Below the pieces are notes generated by a model. It worked only from the letters and a program-made list of their open reading frames with translations, was not told the DNA's origin and did not search any database. The translations under genes were made by a program, and so were the position numbers. Below, one piece after another: positions 11,346 through 20,312 of a stretch of DNA of 64,000 nt. The stretch spans positions 2,368,001 to 2,432,000 of the forward strand of contig OY969934.1 of NCBI GenBank assembly GCA_963704725.1, written 5' to 3'. The stretch is from an uncultured Actinomycetes bacterium. Its GTDB lineage: Bacteria; Actinomycetota; UBA4738; HRBIN12. Numbering within the stretch: position 1 is the stretch's first letter; each line of letters opens with the position of its first letter.

Positions 11346-12816
11346 TCGAGCCTTTGTGTGAACCGAGGAGCGACTCCAACGGCTCCGCGTACGTGGAGTC
11401 CGCGACCACGCCGTCTCGAACACGGATCGTCTGGAAGAATGCTCGGTTCCACATCCTGCGGACGTCGGGCTTGGCTTTCCGATAGCTGGCCGCGCAGTCC
11501 TCTGCCAGATCGAGCGCGAGGTCGATGATCTGCTTCGCCTGCGCCAGCTTCTCTCCGTCCGTCGCAAGCTGTGACTCGGCGTCGGCCACCTCGGCGTTGA
11601 TCCGGGCCTGCTCGCGCTTGAGGGTCGCGACGTCGATCGCGTCGGCGTAATAGGCGCGCAGCAGCTTATCGCGCTCGTTGGCGAGTTGGCGCAGGCGCCG
11701 TGACAAGAACTCTGCGACCTCCGCTCGGTGCCACTCGCGCTCGGCGACCTCGACTTGGAGGACCTGCTCCAGCCGGCGCCTGAGGTCCGCAGAGACCCGG
11801 ACGCCCTCGTAGAGACCCTCGACCTCTCGTTCGAGCTCGGCGACCGGGACGTAGCGGTCCTGCGAGCACCGTGTCCGCCGCGTGTTCCGCCCGATGCAGC
11901 GGAAGTAGCCGAAGCGGCGCTTGGCGAGCGCGTAGTAGAGCTTCGAGTCGCACTCGGCGCAGACCAGCGTGCCCTTCAGGTAGTGGTCGTGCTTCCAGCC
12001 CCGGTCCCCGCCGGTTGAGTGCGCGTCAAGGACGCTCTGCACCCGATCGAAGACCTCGCGGGAGATCAGCGGCTGGTGGATGCCCTCGTGCTCGGCACCC
12101 TTCCACCGGACGACGCTGGCGTACACGGGGCTTCGGAGCATCCGATGGATCGCGCTGGTGCCAGGCGGGTTGCCAAGGCGGTTCCTGAGACCCTTCTCCG
12201 CGAGGGCCTCTGTGAGGGCCGCGACGGACAGCGAGCCGGTCGCGTACCGCTCGAATGCCCACACGACGATGGGAGCCTGCTGATCCGGCTCGAGCACGGA
12301 CTCGCCGCCGCGCCGGCCGCCGTCGCGACGGACGTTCCGGTACCCGAAGGGCGCCCGGACCGGCCAGCCCCCTTGGGCCGCCTTCTGGTCCATCCCCTTG
12401 CGGATCTCCTGGCCAAGGTTGGCCGAGTAGAACTCGGCGATCGAGGCGAGGATCCCCTCCACCAGCTTGCCGGAGGCCGAGTCCTCGAGCGTCTCGGTGA
12501 CCGAGTGCAGCTGCACACCGGCCTTGCGAAGCGCGGCCCGGACCGCCGCGTGGTCCTCCAGGTTCCGAGCCAGCCGGTCGAGCTTGTGGACTACGAGGGA
12601 GCCGATGCTCGGATCCTCGGCAAGCCGGCGAAGCATCGCCTGGAGCTGCGGCCGGTCGGCGGTGCGCGCAGACTCGCCTCGGTCGACGTACTCATCGGCG
12701 AACCCCCAGCCCTTGTCCGCGATGAACCTGCGGCAGGCCTGGGCCTGGGCAGGGATCGAGTAGCCCTCCTCGGCCTGCTCCTTGGTCGAGACCCGGAGGT
12801 AGATGACCGCCTTCAC
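11305..12816 (-). CDS. Large serine recombinase (resolvase, recombinase and zinc-ribbon domains)
   Basis: YLRVST catalytic Ser, DRLARN, APFGY, LKGTLVCAEC..YFRC..C zinc ribbon, coiled coil; C-terminus overlaps the tRNA 3' half. Confidence 0.95.
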   Translation of the reverse strand: MKAVIYLRVSTKEQAEEGYSIPAQAQACRRFIADKGWGFADEYVDRGESARTADRPQLQAMLRRLAEDPSIGSLVVHKLDRLARNLEDHAAVRAALRKAGVQLHSVTETLEDSASGKLVEGILASIAEFYSANLGQEIRKGMDQKAAQGGWPVRAPFGYRNVRRDGGRRGGESVLEPDQQAPIVVWAFERYATGSLSVAALTEALAEKGLRNRLGNPPGTSAIHRMLRSPVYASVVRWKGAEHEGIHQPLISREVFDRVQSVLDAHSTGGDRGWKHDHYLKGTLVCAECDSKLYYALAKRRFGYFRCIGRNTRRTRCSQDRYVPVAELEREVEGLYEGVRVSADLRRRLEQVLQVEVAEREWHRAEVAEFLSRRLRQLANERDKLLRAYYADAIDVATLKREQARINAEVADAESQLATDGEKLAQAKQIIDLALDLAEDCAASYRKAKPDVRRMWNRAFFQTIRVRDGVVADSTYAEPLESLLGSHKGSMVVPTGFEPVSPP

Positions 12817-13028
12817 GGCGCCTCCTCCCCCATCAGCTGCTCTGCCAGCGCGAGCAGCGCCCTAGCGAGAGGCCCGAGGTTAGCATCGACCTCTGCCGCA
12901 TCGGCTTCCGCAATGGCGTCGAGACCGTCCCGCCGCGGCTCGCGTTCCCCGTCCGCAGGGTCGTCGCCCCTCCCGCGCCGGTGGCGGAGCTCGGCATCTG
13001 TTGGCGCGTCCTCGCGCCGCGGCCTCAA
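12813..13028 (-). CDS. Small acidic hypothetical protein (71 aa) coupled to relaxase and recombinase
   Basis: TTG start overlaps the upstream stop (TTGA); its stop overlaps the recombinase start (GTGA); amphipathic C-terminal helix LGPLARALLALAEQL. Confidence 0.55.
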   Translation of the reverse strand: MRPRREDAPTDAELRHRRGRGDDPADGEREPRRDGLDAIAEADAAEVDANLGPLARALLALAEQLMGEEAP

Positions 13029-14011
13029 GGGGCATGTCGGGGCGGCAGGGCGCGGAATCGAGGCGTGGCCGATGCCGGGGAGATGCGGCGTCGATGGCTG
13101 GGATCGGCGTCGGTGAAGTACCGACCCAGGCATCGGGTGGTCCGGTAGAGGTCACGGGATCGGGCCGGCAGTTCGGTCAAGGCGAGTCGCTCTCCGTCGG
13201 TCGGCACGTGCTTCCACACTGCCCCGAGCACGCCGAGCTCAGTGAGGACGTCCTCGCTCGCCACGTACAGCGGGAACGAGGTCGCGAGCGGGCCCGAGAT
13301 GTGCAGGCTCCCGGTGGCATGGCGAAGCGCGGATCCGACCTCCCCCTCGCGCACCCCCTCCGGAACGGTGATGAGGAGGTTCGGGAACCCAAGGAACTCC
13401 TGCTCCTTCGTCCACCCTGCCGCGAGCCGGAGGTAGCCCTCGAGCTTCCGAGAGAGCGCGCCGAACGCCTCGGTCCCCCGGTCGTACTCCACGTAGAACT
13501 CGCACGCGCCGCCGGGATGCAGGTACCGCCCGAACCCGTCGGGCTTGACGTCGCCGGCCCGGGTCCGGACCCAGTGCTCGGGTCGCCAGGTGTGGAGGCA
13601 GTGGCCCTCGTGGGCCCTGGAGGCCTCGGCGAGCGCGCAGAAGAACGCGTTGACCCCGAGGCGGTGGGCAAGCAGCAGGTTCGTCCGGTAGCTGTGATCG
13701 GGGACCCAGGGCAGTTCGGAGGCGCGGACGCCCTTCGCGTCGGCGACCTCGGCGAGGCCTGGCTTCGTGAGGTACCAGCAGGCGGGCGGCCTCCCCTCCC
13801 CGAAACCCCTCCCCACCGAGAAGGATGAGATGAGATCAAGATCTCTCAGTTCCTTGAGCCGGTGCTGGGCTCTCCTGAGCGATGCGAAGAAGAGGCTCTT
13901 GATCTGGTGGGTGGTGAGGACCTTGTGCTCGAGCAGGCTGAGGAAGATGGCGTGGTCTCGTTCATCGAGCGAGACCAGGCGGTGAAGGTCGTTTCGTTCT
14001 GCTCGAACCAT
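13025..14011 (-). CDS. Replication-relaxation (Replic_Relax) family protein
   Basis: N-terminal wHTH (RDHAIFLSLLEHKVLTTHQI..RAQHRLKEL), WYLTKPG, LAHRLGVNAFF, VKPDG..FYVEYDRGTE PD-(D/E)XK-like core; GAAGGAG upstream. Confidence 0.85.
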   Translation of the reverse strand: MVRAERNDLHRLVSLDERDHAIFLSLLEHKVLTTHQIKSLFFASLRRAQHRLKELRDLDLISSFSVGRGFGEGRPPACWYLTKPGLAEVADAKGVRASELPWVPDHSYRTNLLLAHRLGVNAFFCALAEASRAHEGHCLHTWRPEHWVRTRAGDVKPDGFGRYLHPGGACEFYVEYDRGTEAFGALSRKLEGYLRLAAGWTKEQEFLGFPNLLITVPEGVREGEVGSALRHATGSLHISGPLATSFPLYVASEDVLTELGVLGAVWKHVPTDGERLALTELPARSRDLYRTTRCLGRYFTDADPSHRRRISPASATPRFRALPPRHAP

Positions 14012-14714
14012 GTTCTGGGCACAGCTCCCCCCTCCTTCGGTGGGTGGCCTTCGGCCAAACAACCCCGTGACCTGCGGTTTCGCGATCTGACGCCCTGTGC
14101 TCTCACGCCGCCCACGCGCCGTCGGTGCTCGCAGCACCCGGCTCCCAGGGACGGTCGCGAGCTCGCGCCAGGGCGCGCGGCCGCAACTGCCGCCTCCCGA
14201 GGATGTTCAGTTCGTGCCTTCCCTCACCTCCTCTGTCCGCCGCTCAGGCATGGGTGGCAGCCTTCGGCCGGGACCTGCTCCCGCCGAGCCGTCCGCGTTC
14301 GTGCCGCCTCACCCTCGCGCTGCCTCTGCCGGGCGCTCGGTCTTCGTCCGCCTCGAGCCTCCGGTCGTGCGCCTTGCCTCCCTCATCTCCGAGCTCGCCT
14401 CCCATGAGGTGCCCGGGTTCGGGGCTGCGGCGCTCCCGTCGGTTCTTGGCCTCGAAGCCCTTGCGTCCGCCCTTGGCGATCGCGAGGGACGGCGGCGTCT
14501 TCGCATCCGGCCCGGCGGTGGCGATCCTTGCCTCCGCCGCCACGGCAACCCTGCTGGCGAACCAATCGCCGAGACGTGGCCATCTCCACCCCTACAAATG
14601 CACGGAAGGGGCCGGAACCTTGACACCGAGGAGGGGGGAGAAATTGGGGAGTTTTCGAGGAGTGCAGGTCAGGAGGGGTGGAGACCGAAGAGGGACAGCT
14701 GTCCGGGCGCAGCG

Positions 14715-15336
14715 TGTGCGAACCGGACAGATCTGTGACGAAACGTTCCGAAGACATGTGGAACGTTCCGGACACATGCGTGACACCGCCTGAGTGAGGC
14801 CGCAGCCTCCGCCCTCGGCAGGCTCGAGCGCTTTCACCGCACGCTGAAGGAGTGGCTCGCTGACGAGGGACCGGCCGAGGACCTGGCGCACCTGCAGGAG
14901 CTGCTCGATGGCTTCCGCCACCACTACAACACCGAGCGACCGCACCAGGGCGTCGGCGACCTCACCCCGTCCGAGCGCTTCGGCGGCAAGACGCTCCCGG
15001 AGCGACCGAAGCCCGCGCCTCCGCCTCCGCCCGAGACGCTGGAGGAACCCTCCTACCCCGAGCGGGCGATCCTGCGCACGGTCTCTCCTCGCGGCACACG
15101 ATCGGCTGGCAACGTCACCAGGTCCAGGTGGGAGCGCGCTGGATAGGCGCCACCGTCCGGGTCGTTCCCGTCGGTCGGCTGATCCACGTCTACTGGGGAG
15201 AGAAGCTGATCCGGCTGCTCGCCCCGGACCCGAACGTCTACTACATCGGAATCAAGCCGAGAAAGGAGCTACCCGCCACGACCGCTGTCACGTAGGTTCC
15301 CGGTACGCGGTGTCACGCATCTCCCCGGAACAAACA
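14715..15336 (+). mobile_element. Internally deleted IS481-family element with both ends and a C-terminal transposase remnant
   Basis: TGT...ACA termini; repeated end motif GTTCCGG.(C/G)A.ATGCGTGACACCGC at both ends; remnant GRLERFHRTLKEWL..FRHHYNTERPHQG..TPSERF from ~14817. Confidence 0.8.
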
Positions 15337-16016
15337 TCGGTCAGTCGCGGCGCGGCGCGGATCCGAACACGCTTCGTGTTCTGCGACAGAGGGTTTCCGA
15401 TTCCTCCCCTCGGCGCTCGGCGGCGACAGGACCTGGGGGGAGACTCGGTGGGGACTCCCCGATTCCTCGGCCCGTTCGAGCCCCGTCCTCGCGGACCCCG
15501 CCGCTTCTTGCCCCTTGCCTATTTGGGTTGGCGCCCGGCCATCGGTTCCATGTCCTGCCGAGTCCATCGGCGATCCCCTGCAGGCTTCAGCCGGCGTTGA
15601 CAAGACGGTTCGGCGGCGCCGAAGTCGCATGCGGCTGTTCCCACTGAGGTCCCGCCGAGTCCCTCGAGGCGGGGGGGCGCGGTTGCAGGCGCGGAGTTCC
15701 CACGCGCCTATCAGCGGCCAGTCGCTAGGTGCCGGGAGAGTCCGACCTCGTGGAGTTCGATGCACTGGTCCGGCTCGGTGGCTGAGGCAAGAGGGACTGC
15801 GCGGGCCCATTCCGCGGCCCTGCCAGGGGGCGCGACGAGCTTCGCGTGTTGGGCCGCTGTAGTCTAAGCGCCCCAGGGCGCCGGCCTAGGTCTTTCGGTC
15901 CATTCGGCCGTGGGGCATCCGAGTCGGGGGAGGCAACATGGTCCGGACGACCCGGGTCTCATCCAAGAGGCAGAGGGTCTGCCCCAGGTTTGGTTGACTC
16001 GCGGGGTTGACGGCTT

Positions 16017-16883
16017 TCAGGCCGCATAGGCGACCTCGTGCACGGCTTCGAACTCGATCGGGGTGAGCTTGCCGAGGGCCCGCTGACGGCGCCGGCGGTG
16101 GTAGGTGCGTTCGATCCAAGTGACGATCGCCAGGCGGAGCTCGTCTCTGGTCTGCCAGCGCCCCCGGTCCAGGACGTTCCTCTGCAGCAGGGCGAAGAAC
16201 GACTCCATGGCGGCGTTGTCGGCGCAGGTCCCGGTGCGACCCATCGACCCGATGAGGCCGTGGTTCCTCAGCAGACGCACGAACTTCCCGGAGCGGAACT
16301 GACTGCCGCGGTCCGAGTGGACCAGCGTGCCGGCAGGGCTCCGCAGGCCGATCGCGCCTCGGAGCGCGGCCACGGCCAGAGAAGCCTTCATCCGGTGGTC
16401 CATCGAGTAGCCGACGATGCGACCGGAGAAGGCGTCCTTGATCGCACAGAGGTAGAGCTTGCCCTCCGCCGTCGGGTGCTCGGTGATGTCGGTGAACCAC
16501 AGCTCGTTCGGCCTGCGGGCACCGAACGCACGGCGGACCAGGTCGTCGTGCACCGGCTCTCCGGGCCTGGGCCTTCGTCCCTTCTTGCGGGCGAGCACCG
16601 AGAAGATGCCGTGCGCGCTGCACAGACGGTGCACCCGGTTCTCGCTGGCGGTGATGCCGCGCTCGGCGACGAGCTCGTCGGTGATGAACCGGTAGCCGAA
16701 GGCCGGATCATCGGCGTGGATCTGCAGGGCGGCGTCGACCAGGTGGGCGTCGGACCAGTCCCTGGTGCTGACCGGGTTCGCCTTCCACTTGTGATAGGCC
16801 TGCGGCGAGAAGCCGAGCACCCGGCAGGTCACCGTGACGGGGATCCCGTCTGCGGCAAGCTCGCGGACCAGCGGGTACATCAT
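16017..16883 (-). CDS. IS3-family transposase OrfB (DDE integrase core)
   Basis: WFTDITEH, DAFSGRIVG, HSDRGSQF, DNAAMESFF. Confidence 0.95.
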   Translation of the reverse strand: MMYPLVRELAADGIPVTVTCRVLGFSPQAYHKWKANPVSTRDWSDAHLVDAALQIHADDPAFGYRFITDELVAERGITASENRVHRLCSAHGIFSVLARKKGRRPRPGEPVHDDLVRRAFGARRPNELWFTDITEHPTAEGKLYLCAIKDAFSGRIVGYSMDHRMKASLAVAALRGAIGLRSPAGTLVHSDRGSQFRSGKFVRLLRNHGLIGSMGRTGTCADNAAMESFFALLQRNVLDRGRWQTRDELRLAIVTWIERTYHRRRRQRALGKLTPIEFEAVHEVAYAA

Positions 16884-17164
16884 TTTGGGTTGACGCCCTG
16901 CCCGAGGTAGACGGCGGCCCGGCGGAGCACCTCGTTCTCCTGCTCGAGCAGCCGGTTGCGCTTTCGCAGCTCGCGGATCTCCGCCTCCTCGGCGAGCGTC
17001 AGGCCCTCGCGCATGCCGTCCTCGATCTCGGCGCGCTTCACCCAGCGATGCAGACAGGACTCGGAGATCCCGAAGTCCTTCGCGATCTGGCTCATCGGAG
17101 CCTCTTTGCGCCGGGCCACGGCGACGACGTCACGGCGGAACTCAAGGGGGAACGCCTGGGGCAT
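16880..17164 (-). CDS. IS3-family transposase OrfA
   Basis: FPLEFRRDVV, HTH IAKDFGISESCLHRWV, leucine zipper LEQENEVLRRA; C-CCA-AAA slippery heptamer at the junction. Confidence 0.92.
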   Translation of the reverse strand: MPQAFPLEFRRDVVAVARRKEAPMSQIAKDFGISESCLHRWVKRAEIEDGMREGLTLAEEAEIRELRKRNRLLEQENEVLRRAAVYLGQGVNPK

Positions 17165-17576
17165 CTGCTGCCTCCTTCCGGTGAGGGTCATCCTCACACG
17201 TCAGGAGTCAACCAAAGGCTGGGCAGACCCAGATGTAATAGGTTGAGGGGGAAGGAAAGATGAGACGTGGTCTGCACCGCTTTGCGTTTGTCATTACGGC
17301 CGGGCTCGTTGTGCTGTTGACGGCGTTGCCGGCCGGAACAGCCTGGGCGTCAAGTCCAGACAATCATTGCAGCTACGCTTTTGGGATGTCTTCCCAAAAG
17401 CTCACTTGCTATGGAGTTCAGAAGGATATCACTGCTTATGGACAGGACATACAGTTGACCTTCGCGGGCCACACCGTATGGCTGGAGGGACACACTAACA
17501 ACCTGGTCGAGATTTACGATGGGCCCAAGACGCAGGCTAACGACGTGGTGAACCGCCCTGGGTTCCGTAGAGACCT

Positions 17577-18464
17577 TCAGGCTTGGATTCGCTCCTCGAT
17601 CTCCGAAGCGTAGAACACCTCCTCGAACTCCGCCGGCGGGACGTGGCCGATCTCTCCGTGCAGCCTTCGGAAGTTGAACCAGTCGATGTACTCAAGCGTG
17701 GCGATCTCGACCTGATCGGGGCTCGGCCAGGGCCCACGGCGGCGGATCAGCTCGGTCTTGTAGAGCCCGATCGCCGACTCGGCCATGGCGTTGTCGAAGG
17801 AGTCGCCCACGGAGCCGACCGAGGGGACGATGCCGTGCTCTGCCAGGCGCTCGGAGTAGGCCACCGATACGTATTGACCTCCGGCGTCGGAGTGATGAAC
17901 GAGACCCTCGACGGAGACCCCTCGACGCCACACCGCCATCTCGAGCGCCTCGGTGGCGAGTGAGGTCCGAAGGTGCGTGGCGATCGACCAGCCGACGATC
18001 ATGCGGGAGAAGACGTCCTGCACGAACGCCACGTAGCAGAACCCGGACCAGGTACGGACGTAGGTGATGTCCGCGAGCCACAGCGCGTTGGGCCGAGCTG
18101 CCGTGAAGTCCCGCTCCACGAGATCCGGCGGTCGGGCTGCCTTCTCGTCGCGACGGGTGGTGAACGTCTTCTTCCCTCGCCGGACTCCGTGCAGGCCAGC
18201 CTGGCGCATCAGGCGGGCCACCCGGTCGCGCCCGATCGCGATGCCTTCGCGGTGCAGCTGGTGCCACACCTTCCTGGCGCCGTAGACCGAGTAGTTGGCC
18301 TTGAAGACCCGTTCGATCTCCTCGTGCAGCCAGGCGTCGGTGATCGCTCTCGCCGACGGGGGACGGCTTCTGCGGGTGTAGTAGGTCGACGGCGATGCCC
18401 CCAGGGTCCGGCACAGGAGCTCGACCTCGAAACGATCCCGCCTGGTCTCGATGAAGCGGGTCAT
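17577..18464 (-). CDS. IS3-family transposase OrfB
   Basis: YGARKVW, WLADITYVRT, HHSDAGGQY, DNAMAES. Confidence 0.95.
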   Translation of the reverse strand: MTRFIETRRDRFEVELLCRTLGASPSTYYTRRSRPPSARAITDAWLHEEIERVFKANYSVYGARKVWHQLHREGIAIGRDRVARLMRQAGLHGVRRGKKTFTTRRDEKAARPPDLVERDFTAARPNALWLADITYVRTWSGFCYVAFVQDVFSRMIVGWSIATHLRTSLATEALEMAVWRRGVSVEGLVHHSDAGGQYVSVAYSERLAEHGIVPSVGSVGDSFDNAMAESAIGLYKTELIRRRGPWPSPDQVEIATLEYIDWFNFRRLHGEIGHVPPAEFEEVFYASEIEERIQA

Positions 18465-18793
18465 CTCCGGGGCCGATCGAGCTCCTGGGCGAAAAACACG
18501 CTCGCCTCCTTCAGGATCTGGTTGGCGCGGCGGAGCTCGCGGTTCTCCTTCTCGAGCTCGGCGATCCGGGCACGCTCGTCGGTGCTGAGGCCTGGTCGCG
18601 TCCCGTTGTCGATCTCGGCCTGGCGGACCCAGTTGCGGAGCGTCTCCGGGCCGATGTCGAGCTTGCGGGCGATCCGCGTGACGACGCCGTGACGCTCACC
18701 GCTTTGCTGCATCGTGGTGAGGACGAGTGAGACCGCTCGGTCCCTCACCTCGGGCGGGTACCGCCTGGACGACGGGTGCTTCTGCTGGGCCAT
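18461..18793 (-). CDS. IS3-family transposase OrfA
   Basis: YPPEVRDRAV, IARKLDIGPETLRNWV, ELRRANQILKEASVFFAQEL. Confidence 0.92.
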   Translation of the reverse strand: MAQQKHPSSRRYPPEVRDRAVSLVLTTMQQSGERHGVVTRIARKLDIGPETLRNWVRQAEIDNGTRPGLSTDERARIAELEKENRELRRANQILKEASVFFAQELDRPRR

Positions 18794-18909
18794 GGATCCT
18801 CCTCCGTTTCCAAGGTTCGGAGTCTCCATCAAACCCAGGGCGGTTCATGGTCTGCGACATTCCGCTCTGGGGGGGTGCGTGCAAGTACGTCTATCACTAG
18901 ACGGCGACG

Positions 18910-18944
18910 GCGAGGGGGGCAGCGTCCGACGCTGCCCCCCTCGC
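18910..18944. terminator. Perfect 16-bp inverted repeat after the secreted gene (probable terminator)
   Basis: GCGAGGGGGGCAGCGT-ccg-ACGCTGCCCCCCTCGC. Confidence 0.6.
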
Positions 18945-19052
18945 TCGATGTCCTCCCACCACTCGGGCGCATCGACCAGGTCCAGGACTCGGAGCCGGTC
19001 ATCCATCGCTCTCCCAGGTGGTCTGCGAAGCCGCTTGCGTCCTCGGCTCAGG

Positions 19053-20255
19053 TCAGACGTGACTGCTGAGGTACCAACCGCTCAGGTGCCACGCGAGAAC
19101 AGCCACGTACGCGACCACAGTCCAGACGAGCAGTCTCGGCCGGATTCTGTAGAGGATCCAGCCGAATAGAGCCACCATCACGAGCTTCAACGGCCATCCG
19201 AGCAACCGCGCGAATGGGTTCGCCTCGACGGCCTGCTCGCTCCCGAGCGCGAATCGCGTCAGAAGAACGTCTGCTACGTTCAACGCGTTCAATAGGATAA
19301 GGCAGAGGAGGGGTCCCTCAGAGAGTTCGTCCAATCGCCTCGAAAGCGGCCCCCATGCACAACCCAGGAGCGCCGCACCCGCCAAGACGGTCGAGGTCTT
19401 GACGAAGACCACCAGATTGCTCGAGGCCCATGGCCACTCGTAGGAGAAGGCGGTCTTCCCGGCCCAGAGTAGGGGGATGACGAAAAGGGCCCATCGCCAG
19501 TTCCGGCGCCAGCCGAGGAGCGCGCCAAAGATCGCGATCGGCACCAGGCCCGGGACAGCCGAAAGAGGAGTAGACGAGGGGACCACAGACATCTGGTCCG
19601 AGATCACCAGCCAGAGCACGAGCACGATGAAGACCGTGCCAACGCCAACCGCGAAACGGGATCCGGTTTGGGAATGCGCGGTCTCTGAGCCGCCCTTGCG
19701 CCGCACAATGCCCGCGGTCATCACTGCTGGAACGAGCACCAACGAGTAATCCAAGAGGACCCCTGCCGAGGGAAGCAGGACCCAGGCCCAGCTGCCGTGC
19801 GACGTTGCGGGGCCGAATGGCAGGAATCCCGCGCCCAGAGGCTGCGGCAGCGGCATGTCCACCCTAGCGAACGGCTGAGTCGCGGAGGCAATGAACCAAG
19901 CTGCTGCGGGCAACCAGAATGTTCTGAGTCGGCCTCTCGCCGCCAACACCACACCAGCCAGAACGACTGCGAGAAAGCTCGCCAGCGAGGAAGCGAGATC
20001 TGGGACCGGCGAACCCACTGCCATCGAGGCATAGCTCCGTCCAGCAGTCTTGTCGAAGTAGTGCCACTCAAGAGCGCGAAAGTGGGCAACCGCAGCGATG
20101 TGAACAACAAGGAATACCGCCATTGCTCCACCGAGCAAGAAGAGCCCGACCACCAATGCACTCCGTTGGCTCGCATGTAACGGGTCCCTTTGACCGACCC
20201 CGCTCGGGCGGACCCGCTCCCTAGGGGCGTCAACGGCTGTATCCATGCTGGTCAC
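19053..20255 (-). CDS. Multi-pass membrane protein with DUF5658-like C-terminus
   Basis: About ten hydrophobic segments; LNVADVLLT..A.EANPF motif; more AT-rich codon use. Confidence 0.65.
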   Translation of the reverse strand: MTSMDTAVDAPRERVRPSGVGQRDPLHASQRSALVVGLFLLGGAMAVFLVVHIAAVAHFRALEWHYFDKTAGRSYASMAVGSPVPDLASSLASFLAVVLAGVVLAARGRLRTFWLPAAAWFIASATQPFARVDMPLPQPLGAGFLPFGPATSHGSWAWVLLPSAGVLLDYSLVLVPAVMTAGIVRRKGGSETAHSQTGSRFAVGVGTVFIVLVLWLVISDQMSVVPSSTPLSAVPGLVPIAIFGALLGWRRNWRWALFVIPLLWAGKTAFSYEWPWASSNLVVFVKTSTVLAGAALLGCAWGPLSRRLDELSEGPLLCLILLNALNVADVLLTRFALGSEQAVEANPFARLLGWPLKLVMVALFGWILYRIRPRLLVWTVVAYVAVLAWHLSGWYLSSHV

Positions 20256-20287
20256 ATCGGCATGAGAGCCTGGATGCTGAACAGGTG

Positions 20288-20312
20288 AACATGGTCCGGT
20301 CCCGGCGGTTCC
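20288..20312 (-). promoter_or_regulatory. Candidate SigH/SigE-like ECF promoter
   Basis: Minus strand GGAAC-N17-GTT, 33 bp upstream of the membrane gene start. Confidence 0.35.

Larger units (their letters stand above)
15975..17230 (-). mobile_element. IS3-family insertion sequence, 1256 bp
   Basis: 26-bp imperfect IRs GGGTCTGCCC..TTTGGTTGACTC; flanking 3-bp direct repeat AGA (15972-15974 and 17231-17233); orfA/orfB. Confidence 0.9.
17549..18847 (-). mobile_element. IS3-family insertion sequence (IS6110-like ends), 1299 bp
   Basis: IRs TGAACCGCCCTGGGTT..AGAC; 3-bp target duplication TGG (17546-17548 and 18848-18850). Confidence 0.95.
17260..18900 (+). pseudogene. Small secreted Cys-containing protein (~112 aa when reconstructed) interrupted by an IS3 element
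   Basis: Signal peptide ending AWA; removing 17549-18850 restores the frame ...ANDV-VCDIPLWGGACKYVYH* with stop at 18898-18900. Confidence 0.8.

Noticed and set aside
14715-14790. Short direct repeats (AACGTTCCG twice) as a mini-CRISPR or iterons
   Set aside because: They match the inverted motifs at 15285-15336, so they are IS481-type end repeats; no cas genes present
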